DNA of 63,088 nt, counting the filler, from Octopus bimaculoides (Eukaryota), in assembly GCF_001194135.2 (NCBI RefSeq). It is 6 parts of 5 records of this genome, joined end to end, with 100 filler letters (N's around TTAATTAATTAA, not from the genome) between each part and the next. Parts side by side here need not be neighbours in the genome. Positions count along the whole stretch, not along the records: positions 30,821 to 49,341 come from NC_068987.1; positions 49,442 to 52,638 come from NW_026360307.1; positions 52,739 to 59,293 come from NC_068987.1; positions 59,394 to 63,088 come from NC_069008.1; 2 more parts are not named here. One strand, written 5' to 3'. The position numbers and the translations under genes were made by a program. A model generated the notes under the pieces. The model saw only the letters and a program-made list of their open reading frames with translations. It had not been told where the DNA came from and searched no databases. Of the stretch, positions 47,774-60,074 are shown in pieces. Position 1 is the first letter of the stretch. The number at the start of each line of letters is the position of its first letter.

Positions 47774-48589
47774 TTATATATATATATTTTTATTTATATT
47801 TATATATTTATATATTTGATCCTTTATATTGAACACTCAATATTTCATCTACATTCAATACTTTCTTTCATGGTGCCATCCATTTTTATTTTATTTTATT
47901 TTATATTGTATATTGTATATCATATTATATTCCATATTCTATACCCCNNNNNNNNNNNNNNNNNNNNNNNNNNNNNNNNNNNNNNNNNNNNNNNNNNNNN
48001 NNNNNNNNNNNNNNNNNNNNNNNNNNNNNNNNNNNNNNNNNNNNNNNNNNNNNNNNNNNNNNNNNNNNNNNNNNNNNNNNNNNNNNNNNNNNNNNNNNNN
48101 NNNNNNNNNNNNNNNNNNNNNNNNNNNNNNNNNNNNNNNNNNNNNNNNNNNNNNNNNNNNNNNNNNNNNNNNNNNNNNNNNNNNNNNNNNNNNNNNNNNN
48201 NNNNNNNNNNNNNNNNNNNNNNNNNNNNNNNNNNNNNNNNNNNNNNNNNNNNNNNNNNNNNNNNNNNNNNNNNNNNNNNNNNNNNNNNNNNNNNNNNNNN
48301 NNNNNNNNNNNNNNNNNNNNNNNNNNNNNNNNNNNNNNNNNNNNNNNNNNNNNNNNNNNNNNNNNNNNNNNNNNNNNNNNNNNNNNNNNNNNNNNNNNNN
48401 NNNNNNNNNNNNNNNNNNNNNNNNNNNNNNNNNNNNNNNNNNNNNNNNNNNNNNNNNNNNNNNNNNNNNNNNNNNNNNNNNNNNNNNNNNNNNNNNNNNN
48501 NNNNNNNNNNNNNNNNNNNNNNNNNAGATGGCAGGGTCGGTAATTTTCACATTTCTGTAATTTTTCAGATTAACACCCGCACGATTACC

Positions 48590-48775
48590 CAACCCTAACC
48601 CTAAAACCCTAAACCTAACCCTAACACTAACCCTAACACTAACCCTAAACCCTAACCCTAACCCTAACCCTAAAAGCATAACTGTAACACTAACCCTAAT
48701 CCTAACCCTAAACCCTAACCCTAACCGTAACCCTAAAACCCTAACCTTGACCCTAAAACCCTAACCCTAACACCC
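48590..48775 (+). repeat. Interstitial telomere-like (CCCTAA)n array, degenerate
   Basis: Roughly 25 CCCTAA/CCCTAAA/CACTAA units; TTAGGG is the common metazoan telomere repeat. Confidence 0.9.
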
Positions 48776-49094
48776 TAGTGAAAATCGTAGTATATTTACC
48801 AAACATTGACTAACATGAGCCATATTGTAGACAATGATTGTGTGTACAGGTAGAAGGGAAGAAATATAAAAGTTGCTAGAAACAACAGCCAAATCTCCCT
48901 TAAATCACACAAAGTAAACGGAATTTTAAAATTTTTACATCAATGGAATTTTTTCGATGTGAACTTTCCAGTGCAGTAATTACGCGCTCAACATATAATA
49001 TAGAGAGTAAGAGTAAAAGAGGGAGAGGGAGAGAGAAAGAGAGAGGGAGAGAGAGGGGGAGAGAGAGAGAGAGAGAGAGAGAAAGTGATACATA

Positions 49095-49168
49095 AACCCT
49101 AACACTGACACCCTAGTGAAAATCGTGGTATATTTACCAAACATTGACGAACATGAGTTATATTGTAG
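49095..49168 (+). repeat. Duplicate of the telomere-array right junction (48762-48830)
   Basis: CACCCTAGTGAAAATCGT(A/G)GTATATTTACCAAACATTGAC(T/G)AACATGAG..ATATTGTAG occurs in both places. Confidence 0.85.
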
Positions 49169-50429
49169 TGAATGTTTTGCGAGAGAGAAGAGGGAGAGAG
49201 AGGGGGAGAAAGGAATAGAGATGGTAGCAATGAAGAGAGAGAAAGAGAGAATGGAAGACAGTTATAAAATAGCAATGCGTGCACGTGTTTATATAAGAAA
49301 CACAGAAACTAAATCTTATATCTATAATGTTGATGTGTGTANNNNNNNNNNNNNNNNNNNNNNNNNNNNNNNNNNNNNNNNNNNNTTAATTAATTAANNN
49401 NNNNNNNNNNNNNNNNNNNNNNNNNNNNNNNNNNNNNNNNNATATATATATATATATTGCTTTGAATGCCTTTTTGTATTGCTCTATGTATATGTGTATG
49501 TGTGTGCGCGCGCCACTGTGTGTTTATGTGTTACTTTGGAATGTAAATATGTATATTTGTTGGAATGTACATATATAAATGCATGACATGGTATATATGA
49601 ACTAAGAGGAGGTGACATAACTTGGAAGTTCGAAAAAACGGAATCCGCCTTCCTGTAAACCAGCTATCTACATCGGAAAATGAAACAGACATATATATGT
49701 ATGTGTGTATATATATATATATATNNNNNNNNNNNNNNNNNNNNNNNNNNNNNNNNNNNNNNNNNNNNNNNNNNNNNNNNNNNNNNNNNNNNNNNNNNNN
49801 NNNNNNNNNNNNNNNNNNNNNNNNNNNNNNNNNNNNNNNNNNNNNNNNNNNNNNNNNNNNNNNNNNNNNNNNNNNNNNNNNNNNNNNNNNNNNNNNNNNN
49901 NNNNNNNNNNNNNNNNNNNNNNNNNNNNNNNNNNNNNNNNNNNNNNNNNNNNNNNNNNNNNNNNATATAAATGATTGTTTTTATACATATATGTGTATCT
50001 ATCTATCTATCTATCTATGCCTCTCTCTTTCAATATAATTGTTTGTGTGTCTATCTGTCGATATATATATCTCTGACTGTCTGTAGATATGTATATAAGA
50101 TTACATACATTCTGGTCCACTTCCTCTCATACATGTCATATGGACAATCAGATCGGCCGCTTGGACCCAACAAACAAAGAGAAAAATAAAATGGTAATGC
50201 ATGTATGTACACATTCTACACACCATGTAATATTAAAGAGCAAACATATATGCAGAAACCACATACATCGTAGACGCACGCACTTGCGTGCTAAGTGACA
50301 CATAGAAAAATCACGAATGACGCCAAGAACGCTTATAGTACAAAATGCTTAAGGACACATGAACGTATGCACCACAGTGCAAGGCAGGTCTGTGTGTCAG
50401 GTTAAAAAGGGAACAGTCTGCATGAGACA

Positions 50430-50646
50430 GTGTGCGTGTGTGTATACCTATATGTATATATAAATATATAAGCATGTGCATGTTTATATCAATGCGTTCA
50501 CGCGTCAGTGTGTGGCTATGTGTGTGTGTATGTGTTTGTGTGTCTGTGTAATTTTGTATGTCAATGTGTGTGTGTGTGTGTGTGTCTGTATCCTACCACA
50601 CTTACTTACATACATGCCTATATATATAGATATATGTATGCATATG

Positions 50647-50687
<41 letters not shown>

Positions 50688-50791
50688 TATACAAATATAT
50701 ATGTATATATGTATGCATATATATACATACATATATAGCTATAGATCTCACTCTATAGAGGTGTGTCTATATGTATATATAAATGACTGTA

Positions 50792-50828
<37 letters not shown>

Positions 50829-50877
50829 GTGCATATATATATATCTACATAAGTATATATTCATATATATATATACA

Positions 50878-50956
<79 letters not shown>

Positions 50957-51711
50957 ATGTATAATATATATATATATATATATATATGCATGTATGCATA
51001 TATGCATGCATGTATGTGTGTGTGTATGTATGCCTGTATACGTATGATAGACATAAAAACGGTACGAGTGTGGTGTGTTGATCGATAGATAGATGCAGAA
51101 AGAGAGAGAGAGGTAGGGGTGGAGTGTGTTCGTATCTGGGGAGGGAGAGAAATCCCAAAGATATGCAACTTGGAATGGAATGTCTACTGAATGAAGTGGA
51201 CAGACATAGCTGACCGCTTAGTCAAAATAGATTCCAGTGCCATCTATTGTTAGCAATGGTGTTTCAACCTCCATCACTCCAGCTGCTCCGCGACCACGTT
51301 CGCCATCACCACTGCTGCCCACGCCATCGGAGGAGGAATGGTGGTGGTGGTGGTGGGGGTAACAGACACACAGCAATCTCAGGTTTTGGCAGAGACAGAA
51401 ACTGAGAGACAGAGAGAGGGACAGAGGGTGGTGGGGGGACGGAAAAGGAGGTGAGTGAGAAACAGAGTGAGAGAGCAGTTACGTAGGGGTTAGAGGGAAG
51501 TGATGAGGTCTGTGGCGGTGGCAAAAACGGTCGTTGACACGTCATCAATCTAATACACACGGATGTATGGTAAGGTATAGGAATATATACCTATATATCT
51601 ATGTAGATATATAAATAAATATATATAGAGAGAGGGAGAGAGAGAGATAGAGGTGTTTACGTGAGTGAGAGTCTGTATGCCTGTATGTATATATATACAT
51701 GTATATATATA

Positions 51712-51745
<34 letters not shown>

Positions 51746-52218
51746 NNNNNNNNNNNNNNNNNNNNNNNNNNNNNNNNNNNNNNNNNNNNNNNNNNNNNNN
51801 NNNNNNNNNNNNNNNNNNNNNNNNNNNNNNNNNNNNNNNNNNNNNNNNNNNNNNNNNNNNNNNNNNNNNNNNNNNNNNNNNNNNNNNNNNNNNNNNNNNN
51901 NNNNNNNNNNNNNNNNNNNNNNNNNNNNNNNNNNNNNNNNNNNNNNNNNNNNNNNNNNNNNNNNNNNNNNNNNNNNNNNNNNNNNNNNNNNNNNNNNNNN
52001 NNNNNNNNNNNNNNNNNNNNNNNNNNNNNNNNNNNNNNNNNNNNNNNNNNNNNNNNNNNNNNNNNNNNNNNNNNNNNNNNNNNNNNNNNNNNNNNNNNNN
52101 NNNNNNNNNNNNNNNNNATATATACAAATGCATATACACACACACATATACATACATTAACAAATATGCATACAAGTAGAGAAACGGGCAAAATAATATA
52201 GCTTACCTCCTATTTGTA

Positions 52219-52260
<42 letters not shown>

Positions 52261-52302
52261 GATGGATAGATATACAGCTATTTGTATATACATATATATA
52301 AA

Positions 52303-52345
<43 letters not shown>

Positions 52346-52640
52346 CAAACACACACATTGACACATATATATATATTCAAATATATATACATATCAATGT
52401 ATATGATCAGCGTATGCATAGGTATATACACATGGCTATATAACGGGGCTGTTTAATGCATATATTTTGAAAAATTACTCCAAAATTTCATATATACATG
52501 CACGCACACAACGCACGCACACACACACATAAATATGTACACATACATATATATATACACACATATATATATAATATCATTATATACATATATATATATG
52601 TATATGTAATATCATTATATGCATATATATATATATATNN
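50430..52640. repeat. Compound TA/TG/CA microsatellite block with gaps
   Basis: Direct reading. Confidence 0.9.
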
Positions 52641-52919
52641 NNNNNNNNNNNNNNNNNNNNNNNNNNNNNNNNNNNNNNNNNNTTAATTAATTAANNNNNN
52701 NNNNNNNNNNNNNNNNNNNNNNNNNNNNNNNNNNNNNNGTGGGAGGGAGGGCTTGTTATGGTGGTTGTGTTTGTCATAATGGAAATGGTAGAAATAATAA
52801 TGGTGGTTCCAGCACCGCCAATGGTTCTGCTGATAATTGGTGGTGTTTGTTATGATGAGGGAAGTTGTCGATGCTGACGCGGCGTTAGTGTAGTGCTTTT
52901 GTAGTGGTTACTTAGTGAT

Positions 52920-52923
52920 TGTA

Positions 52924-52974
<51 letters not shown>

Positions 52975-52990
52975 CAGTAGCAGCAGCAGC

Positions 52991-53034
<44 letters not shown>

Positions 53035-53056
53035 CAGCAGCAGCAGCCTCAACAGC

Positions 53057-53103
<47 letters not shown>

Positions 53104-53182
53104 CAGCAGCAACAGCAGCAGCGGTGGTGGTAATAGTAGTAGTAGTAGCAGTAGTAGCAGCAGCAGCAGAAGCCACAACAGC

Positions 53183-53213
<31 letters not shown>

Positions 53214-53376
53214 ATAGTAGTAGTAGTAGTAGTAGCAGCGGTGACAGAGGCTTCAGTAATAGCAGCAGTAGTAGTTGTAGTTTTAGTGGTGGTAGTAATA
53301 ATGGTAATCGCAGCAGTAGTAGTAGCAGCAGCAGCAATAGTAATAGTTTAGTAGTAGTAATAGCAGCAGCTGCAGC

Positions 53377-53416
<40 letters not shown>
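52920..53416. repeat. (GTA)n/(GCA)n/(GTG)n array with higher-order units
   Basis: (GTA)n-(GCA)n-CAGCGGTG(G) blocks repeat about five times. Confidence 0.9.
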
Positions 53417-53577
53417 TAGAGTCTGCATCGGGCTGCGTTGTGGTGGCATACTAGTATAATGCTTGTGCAACGATTGTGAAGTGGATGTGTAATGGGAGTG
53501 TAGTGGAAGTGTAGCAGAAGTACTGTGTTGTGTAATAGAAGTGTAACGATAGTCAACTTATAGAATAGTAGTAGTGC

Positions 53578-53670
53578 ATGTAGTGCATTCAAAAAGTATC
53601 CGATTTTAATTATTTTTCCCCACCGAAAACGAATGCCGCATGAGCAAGATCCTTTGGGTGGGAGGTGACT
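53578..53670 (+). mobile_element. Old mariner-type 5' end
   Basis: GTGCATTCAAAAAGTATCCG...TTTTTCCCCACC...ATCCTTTGGGTG, homologous to 53886. Confidence 0.55.
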
Positions 53671-53885
53671 ACAAGCATAACCGTGGATAATCTATGCGTC
53701 CATCATATAATGAACCTTATCTAATATACCAACAAACATCCTTTGAAGGCTTCTGCTGGGTTGCACAACTTAGACTCTCCCTTAGTAATCTATGTATTTT
53801 ATATTGAGAAGAATTCGGGGTTTATAGGTTTGCCATTCGTGGCGTTCTATGTCATGTAGGAAGAAATGTTGGAATAAGAAGCAAT

Positions 53886-54090
53886 ACATGAGGTGCGTCC
53901 AAGAAGTATCCGGCCTTATATTTTTCCCACCAAAACTATTGCCGTGTGGGCAAAATCCTTTGGGTGAAAAGTGATGCTACTCTTCCTGTGCATGCGTGAA
54001 AATTTTCGCACTGGTAAGCGGCGTCAGTTCCCGGCTGTTACATCTAGAGTACAGACATGTAGTGCACGCCTGTCGGATTTTCGTTTTCAT
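53886..54090 (+). mobile_element. mariner-type TIR and leader fragment
   Basis: GAGGTGCGTCCAAGAAGTATCCGGCC resembles the mariner TIR consensus CGAGGTnnGTCCAAAAAGT. Confidence 0.6.
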
Positions 54091-54212
54091 TTGTTGGTGG
54101 TATACAGTGCCACCGCGTAGATTAATTAATTGACCTGCTAATTTTGTTGCTATTGCCGAACGTCCTAACGATCCTAACAGCTCGTTGCCTTACGCGATCT
54201 GAATGAGTATAA

Positions 54213-54330
54213 TATTTCTTTCTCCTACAGAAGGCCTGAATTTGGGGAAAGGTCTGATCGATTACATCGACCCCAGTGATTGACTGGTACTTTATTTTAT
54301 CGATGCTGAAAAGGTAAAGTCGATCTCGGG
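54213..54330 (-). mobile_element. SINE family A, 3' half, CpGs intact
   Basis: ATCGATTACATCGACCCCAGTG...TTTTATCGATG...AAAGTCGATCTCGG. Confidence 0.75.
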
Positions 54331-55752
54331 GAAGAAATAATATTTCTCAGAAAAAATTTTTTATTACCATTGTTATCAGAAGTCATTACCTCGCAGTTAC
54401 GTACAAGTGGTTATAAGAAACAATAAATTTATGCTTGTTAAAAGCGATAACAAAAAGGAACAAAAAAGTCTTTATCTGCACAAAACCCCGGTTATTGCAA
54501 TCAATAACTAGTTTGTCAGATGCTTGGAAGAGACTTATTATCTTGAAGTAGTTAGAATTTGAGAGTTTATGTTGGCATAATGGACACAACTTGTACATAA
54601 AAATCTTTACAAGATGTTTGTAAATTATAATCTAACCATACTTCAGATGATAAATTTTATAAGCCCATTTACTTTGAGGGGAATTCTAACGTTTTCGATA
54701 AGGCTCTTCTTCAGAGGTCATACAAGAAATGTGAGTCTTTATTTAATTAAGTTTTACATATTAAAGAGAAAATTCTCGCTGCATTATTGTTGTTCTGCTA
54801 AGTACTAAGGACAGAGATTAATATTCACACTTTACATGAATGCTGTTAATGAAATTTAAACTCTGATATCAATTCTTCATTATTTACTACTGAATCTTAA
54901 GAGGTTGATTTTAACATCTTAATAAGTTGGGTTAATGTAAAACAAATATTAAGCGACCGGTGTTTGATCGGTGAATTAGTTGTCATTAGTTACTAACTAA
55001 TTAATAATCAATAACTCCTGCTAGTAAATTGCGACATTTTCTATTTTATTATCTAGTATACTGGACGCATTATTCAACAACCCTTTAAGAGATCTGTATA
55101 CAAGAACCGTTGTGAGTAATATTTTTATGACATCCAAAGCAAAAGTGCTTGTCCTCAATGTTCACTACAACGTTATCTTAAAACATCTTAATGCCTTCAT
55201 TTTACATTAAATTTATTGATAATACGTTATAAACTAAAAACTTTTTGATATTCTTTATTCTTTTACTGGTTACAGTTAGAGGGCTGCGGCCATGCTAAAG
55301 CCACTCCCTTTCAAGGATATATATTACGCTATCGCACCCAGTACTATATATATAATACAAAAATGGGACAAGAACGCAAAACATTCAGACAGTTAGGTGA
55401 TACAAAAAAAGGGACAACAAAACATCCAGACAGACGATACAAAGAAAACAAGGACGGGTCATTCGAAGTTTTCTTTCCTCAGTCGAGTTACAGATTATCT
55501 TTGCAATTTCAGCTGGTTATACTCAAGATTGTTCCAATCTGGCCAGCCCCAAGGAAAAACTAAGCTAAGAGCACTAGATTCCTTGGAAGAAAGCAGCGAA
55601 TGTATACGAAAACAAGGACGAAAAAAAAACGGAGAAATGGTACGCAAATACAAATAACAGGACATTAACAACGGGTGTCTTTCGACTAAGGACGAATTAA
55701 ATTAAGGTGGCGTGAGTGGAAGTAATGCCTTACGGCAGAGACATGAGACTTG

Positions 55753-55799
<47 letters not shown>

Positions 55800-55809
55800 N
55801 NNNNNNNNN

Positions 55810-55965
55810 AGTAAATCATAAATCCGAAAGAGAAGCACACTCTAAGTTATACAGCCGTAGAGTATTTAGAGAAAGATAGTTTTGGCCAGTTCATAGGGTT
55901 ACCAAGGTTTTCGCGTCCATAAGAGAAAATTTTAAAGGATTTTGGTCCTAAAATGTCCTTGATTA
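55810..55965 (-). mobile_element. Second remnant of the PLE at 39891-40496 (pseudo-LTR 3' part)
   Basis: AAATCATAAATCCGAAAGAGAAGCACACT...AAGATAGTTTTGGCCAGT...GGGTTACCAAGGTTTTCGCGTCCATAA, again beside (TA)n. Confidence 0.75.
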
Positions 55966-56027
55966 ATACGAAATTTCATTTAGATTCTTTGTGATATCTA
56001 GTGGATTTAGCACTTTCGAACCTATAA

Positions 56028-56098
56028 GGTTCGAGGTTCAGTGGTAAAATGCCCACTTACCGCAAGGAGCGACCAGCGTTCGTTTCCCGGGCGATGCA
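56028..56098 (+). pseudogene. Decayed tRNA-Gly(GCC)-like sequence
   Basis: GGTTCAGTGGTAAAATG (D arm), GTTCGTTTCCCGG (T arm) and GATGCA end match the metazoan tRNA-Gly(GCC) pattern; the anticodon position reads ACC and the anticodon and acceptor stems no longer pair. Confidence 0.65.
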
Positions 56099-56114
56099 TA
56101 TGTAACTTGTTTTT

Positions 56115-56505
56115 GAGGTGTATGCATGGAAGCGTGATTAAGAAACGACGTGCCTCTACACTGTGTCTTGAGAAAGTGTTTTCTACTATGGCCCTCGGGC
56201 CAACCAATTCTTTGTGAGGGAAGTTTATTGATGGAAACTATGAGGAAATCCGTCGCGCGCGCACGTGTGTGTGCGTGCGTGCGCGTGTCTTTGTGCTCGT
56301 CCTCTACCACCACTTGACACCCGGTTTTGGTTTACGTTCCCGCAACTTGACGGTTCGGTAAAAATGACCGATAGAATAAGTATCACACTTAGAAAATAAA
56401 TGACCACTGAGTCGATTTGTTTGGCTAAACTCTTCAAAACGGTACTCGGTACTCCAGCATGGCTGCAGTCCGAAGACTGAAACAAGTAAAATATAAAAGA
56501 AAAGA
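56115..56505 (+). mobile_element. SINE family B, near-complete, with internal (CG/TG)n microsatellite
   Basis: Decayed head, CTACTATGGCCCTCGGGCCAACC body, microsatellite 56253-56285, 3' arm ending GAAACAAGTAAAATATAAAAGAAAAG. Confidence 0.75.
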
Positions 56506-57124
56506 TCATATGTTAGGTTTCTCAGAGATATGGACTGTATTTTAAAGGATAACATTTATCTCCACAAACGCGGATGTTCTGTCTAAACAAGCTACACTGC
56601 AGTAGATACAATGAGATAGACTCACATATTGGCTTTTAATGCAAAATGCATTCTTGTGGTAGACAGATGCACCAAAAGCTAACGTGAGAGGTTCTTTGAT
56701 GGTACTTACCGTAGAATAGTTTGTTCTAATAGAACATCCATGTTTAAGTGGGGATAAATATTACCTCTCAGTATTAATACTGCCTCTGTCGCTGATATAT
56801 GTATTTTTAACAAGCTCACTGGCTAATCGCGACACCAGCGCTTGTTATGGCACCGTTATTCTATGTATCACTGACGGTGAGAGGAATCGCTGCTATATCT
56901 GCGGAGTCGGGCGTCCAACATTGACAAAACCAAGGTAAACTGAAATCATGTGATCTGGCGGTCTCAGCGCTGGAGGTGGTAGGGATTGGCTTTTGCACCA
57001 AAAGCTAATACGAGAGTTTCTCTCAAGGTATCTACCACAGTATACGCAGACATGGTAGAAGTAAATAGACACCCCATAAAACAATCGTCTTATGTAAAGG
57101 TTTATATTTCTTTTTATTAATTGA

Positions 57125-57977
57125 CATTTTTATGTTTCAGGTTATATATGTGACTGTTTAATCATGCCAGGTACAAAAGCTGCCTTGGAACTGTCTGAAT
57201 TTCAAATAGGTGGTGGTACTCTGAAAGGATCCTTCTCTTTGATGAGAGAAGTGTGGAGGACAATCCTCGTTGCAAGGCCTCTGACACAGCAGAACAAGTT
57301 GATGTCAGTCCTAGAACAGCTGTCAGGTATCTCCACAAACTCCACAAACTTGGTTACTATGGCAGAGCAGCGAGAAGGAAGCCACTTCTTCGACCAGCCA
57401 ACATCAAACAGAGAAAAGATTGGGCCAGTGAGATGGTGAAGAGGCCACTAGCATTTGGGAACACTGTCATATTTTCTGATGAGTCCAGATTTGCTGCATT
57501 TCCTGACAATGGTCGAGTATGGGTCTGAAGACTCTGTGATCAAGAATTTGATGTGAAAAGATTGCATCCAACAATGAAACACGGCAGTTATTCTATGATT
57601 GTCTGGGGAGTAATTTGGGGCAATGGTTGATCAGAGCTGGTGGAGTGTGAGGGAAACATAAACTCAGATAAATATGTGTCCATATTGCAGAAAGGACTCC
57701 TTCCAATCTTCTCCAGTGGTGAAATGATTAAAGAAGACTCTTTATTTATGGAAGATGGGGCTCCTTGTCACACAGCTAAAATGACCCGAGATTTGTTGAA
57801 TGAGAATGGCATTAAAAAGCTTCCATGGCCGAGCCAGTTACCAGATATGAACCCTATTGAACACCTCCGGGACATAATAGGCAGGACACTTCATAAAAAG
57901 AGCAAGAAAGCATCTTCAAAGCCAAATCTTTTGAGATTACTGCATGAAACTTGGCAAGAAATTCCGCAAGAGAATAT
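57125..57977 (+). mobile_element. Tc1-type DD34E transposase pseudogene
   Basis: MPGTK..ELSEFQ start, internal deletion and frameshift, [25 protein letters not shown]...PDMNPIEH with 34 residues between D and E; in-frame stops at 57526 and 57628; 3' end in a gap. Confidence 0.92.
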
Positions 57978-59392
57978 NNNNNNNNNNNNNNNNNNNNNNN
58001 NNNNNNNNNNNNNNNNNNNNNNNNNNNNNNNNNNNNNNNNNNNNNNNNNNNNNNNNNNNNNNNNNNNNNNNNNNNNNNNNNNNNNNNNNNNNNNNNNNNN
58101 NNNNNNNNNNNNNNNNNNNNNNNNNNNNNNNNNNNNNNNNNNNNNNNNNNNNNNNNNNNNNNNNNNNNNNNNNNNNNNNNNNNNNNNNNNNNNNNNNNNN
58201 NNNNNNNNNNNNNNNNNNNNNNNNNNNNNNNNNNNNNNNNNNNNNNNNNNNNNNNNNNNNNNNNNNNNNNNNNNNNNNNNNNNNNNNNNNNNNNNNNNNN
58301 NNNNNNNNNNNNNNNNNNNNNNNNNNNNNNNNNNNNNNNNNNNNNNNNNNNNNNNNNNNNNNNNNNNNNNNNNNNNNNNNNNNNNNNNNNNNNNNNNNNN
58401 NNNNNNNNNNNNNNNNNNNNNNNNNNNNNNNNNNNNNNNNNNNNNNNNNNNNNNNNNNNNNNNNNNNNNNNNNNNNNNNNNNNNNNNNNNNNNNNNNNNN
58501 NNNNNNNNNNNNNNNNNNNNNNNNNNNNNNNNNNNNNNNNNNNNNNNNNNNNNNNNNNNNNNNNNNNNNNNNNNNNNNNNNNNNNNNNNNNNNNNNNNNN
58601 NNNNNNNNNNNNNNNNNNNNNNNNNNNNNNNNNNNNNNNNNNNNNNNNNNNNNNNNNNNNNNNNNNNNNNNNNNNNNNNNNNNNNNNNNNNNNNNNNNNN
58701 NNNNNNNNNNNNNNNNNNNNNNNNNNNNNNNNNNNNNNNNNNNNNNNNNNNNNNNNNNNNNNNNNNNNNNNNNNNNNNNNNNNNNNNNNNNNNNNNNNNN
58801 NNNNNTATATATATATATATATATTTACATATATACGTTTGTGTGTAAGTATATACATACATATATAAATGCATGCATATATATGTATATAAACACAAAT
58901 ATACACGCATATACACACGTACACAAATATATATATAAACTGTTCGTGTTTGCGTGCATATGTGTGTGTAAAGTGTGCGGGGGGGTGTCCCCGTATGTGT
59001 GTGTATAGTTGTGTATGTGTATCACTAACCTTTTAGTTAACTCTTTCACTCTGAATAATCCTCTCATTCCAGTTCCCTCCTTCTTTTTCATTGACTCTTT
59101 CTTTCTTTCTCTCCCTTCCTCTCTCCCTTCTCACTCCTCCCCTCTCTCTCTCTCTTTCGCCCATCCCTCTCTTTTCTGTTTATGTATGTATGCGTGTTGT
59201 CTATCTCAATATATGTATATGCATGCATATATACATATATATATACATACATATGTGTGTATGTCTGTATATATATATATATATATATATATANNNNNNN
59301 NNNNNNNNNNNNNNNNNNNNNNNNNNNNNNNNNNNNNTTAATTAATTAANNNNNNNNNNNNNNNNNNNNNNNNNNNNNNNNNNNNNNNNNNN

Positions 59393-59727
59393 NGAAATAA
59401 GGCATCAGTAGTGCTTTTACCTGGCACGAACCCAAACTGCATCTCATCTAAATTGATTCGCTCCCTAATTAGTTGGGCTATGACCCTCTCTGTAACTTTC
59501 ATAACCTGATCTAACAGCTTGATGCCTCTGTAATTATTTGTATCTAAAGCGTCCCCTTTACCTTTGTAGCAGTTGACTATGATGCTGCTACACCAGTCAT
59601 TGGGTATGACTCCTTCGTGTATCACCTGGTTCGTAATACGGGTGACTAGGCTATAGCCAACACTGCCAGATATTTTGAGCATCTCTGCAGTGATTCCTGA
59701 TGGGCCGGGGGCTTTCCCGGTCTTCAC
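59393..59727 (-). mobile_element. RTE-clade LINE reverse transcriptase N-terminal fragment
   Basis: MKTGKAPGPSGITAEMLK...IPNDWCSSIIVNCYKGKGDALDTNNYRGIKLL...QFGFVPGKSTTDALF. Confidence 0.92.
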
Positions 59728-59997
59728 TCCATGTTACTTCAGTTCTCTCAGCTGGCAGAAATGAGTAAGACCTGTATTTCAAAAGGCCAGCCTTGTCACG
59801 TTCTTTGTCACACTGAATCTCTCTCAGAACTAATGCATGTCTGTGGAATGCTCAGCCACTTGCACAATAGTTTCATGAACGCTTGTCACAACTGATGGAG
59901 ACCCAGGTTGTTATTGTGATTGTATTATGTATTTCTGTTGATGCATTTCCATTTTAATGAGTTTTTTTTTTTTAAAATTTGTTTTTCTTCTTTGCAG

Positions 59998-60074
59998 CAG
60001 ATATGGACCTAAGTAAAGCAGAAGGAATGTCCATGGATGGAAGGGACAGTGATGCTGGACGGATGGAGCACTGA
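59998..60074 (+). CDS. Candidate terminal coding exon, product unknown
   Basis: Strong acceptor tttgtttttcttctttgcag with a NAGNAG alternative at 60001; the phase-1 frame reads DMDLSKAEGMSMDGRDSDAGRMEH*; the other two frames close within 5 codons. Confidence 0.45.

Noticed and set aside
55452-55495. Minus-strand CTGAGGA...CGAATGACCCGTC, hammerhead-like
   Set aside because: GAAA is replaced by GAAT, and stems I and II cannot be closed in register.
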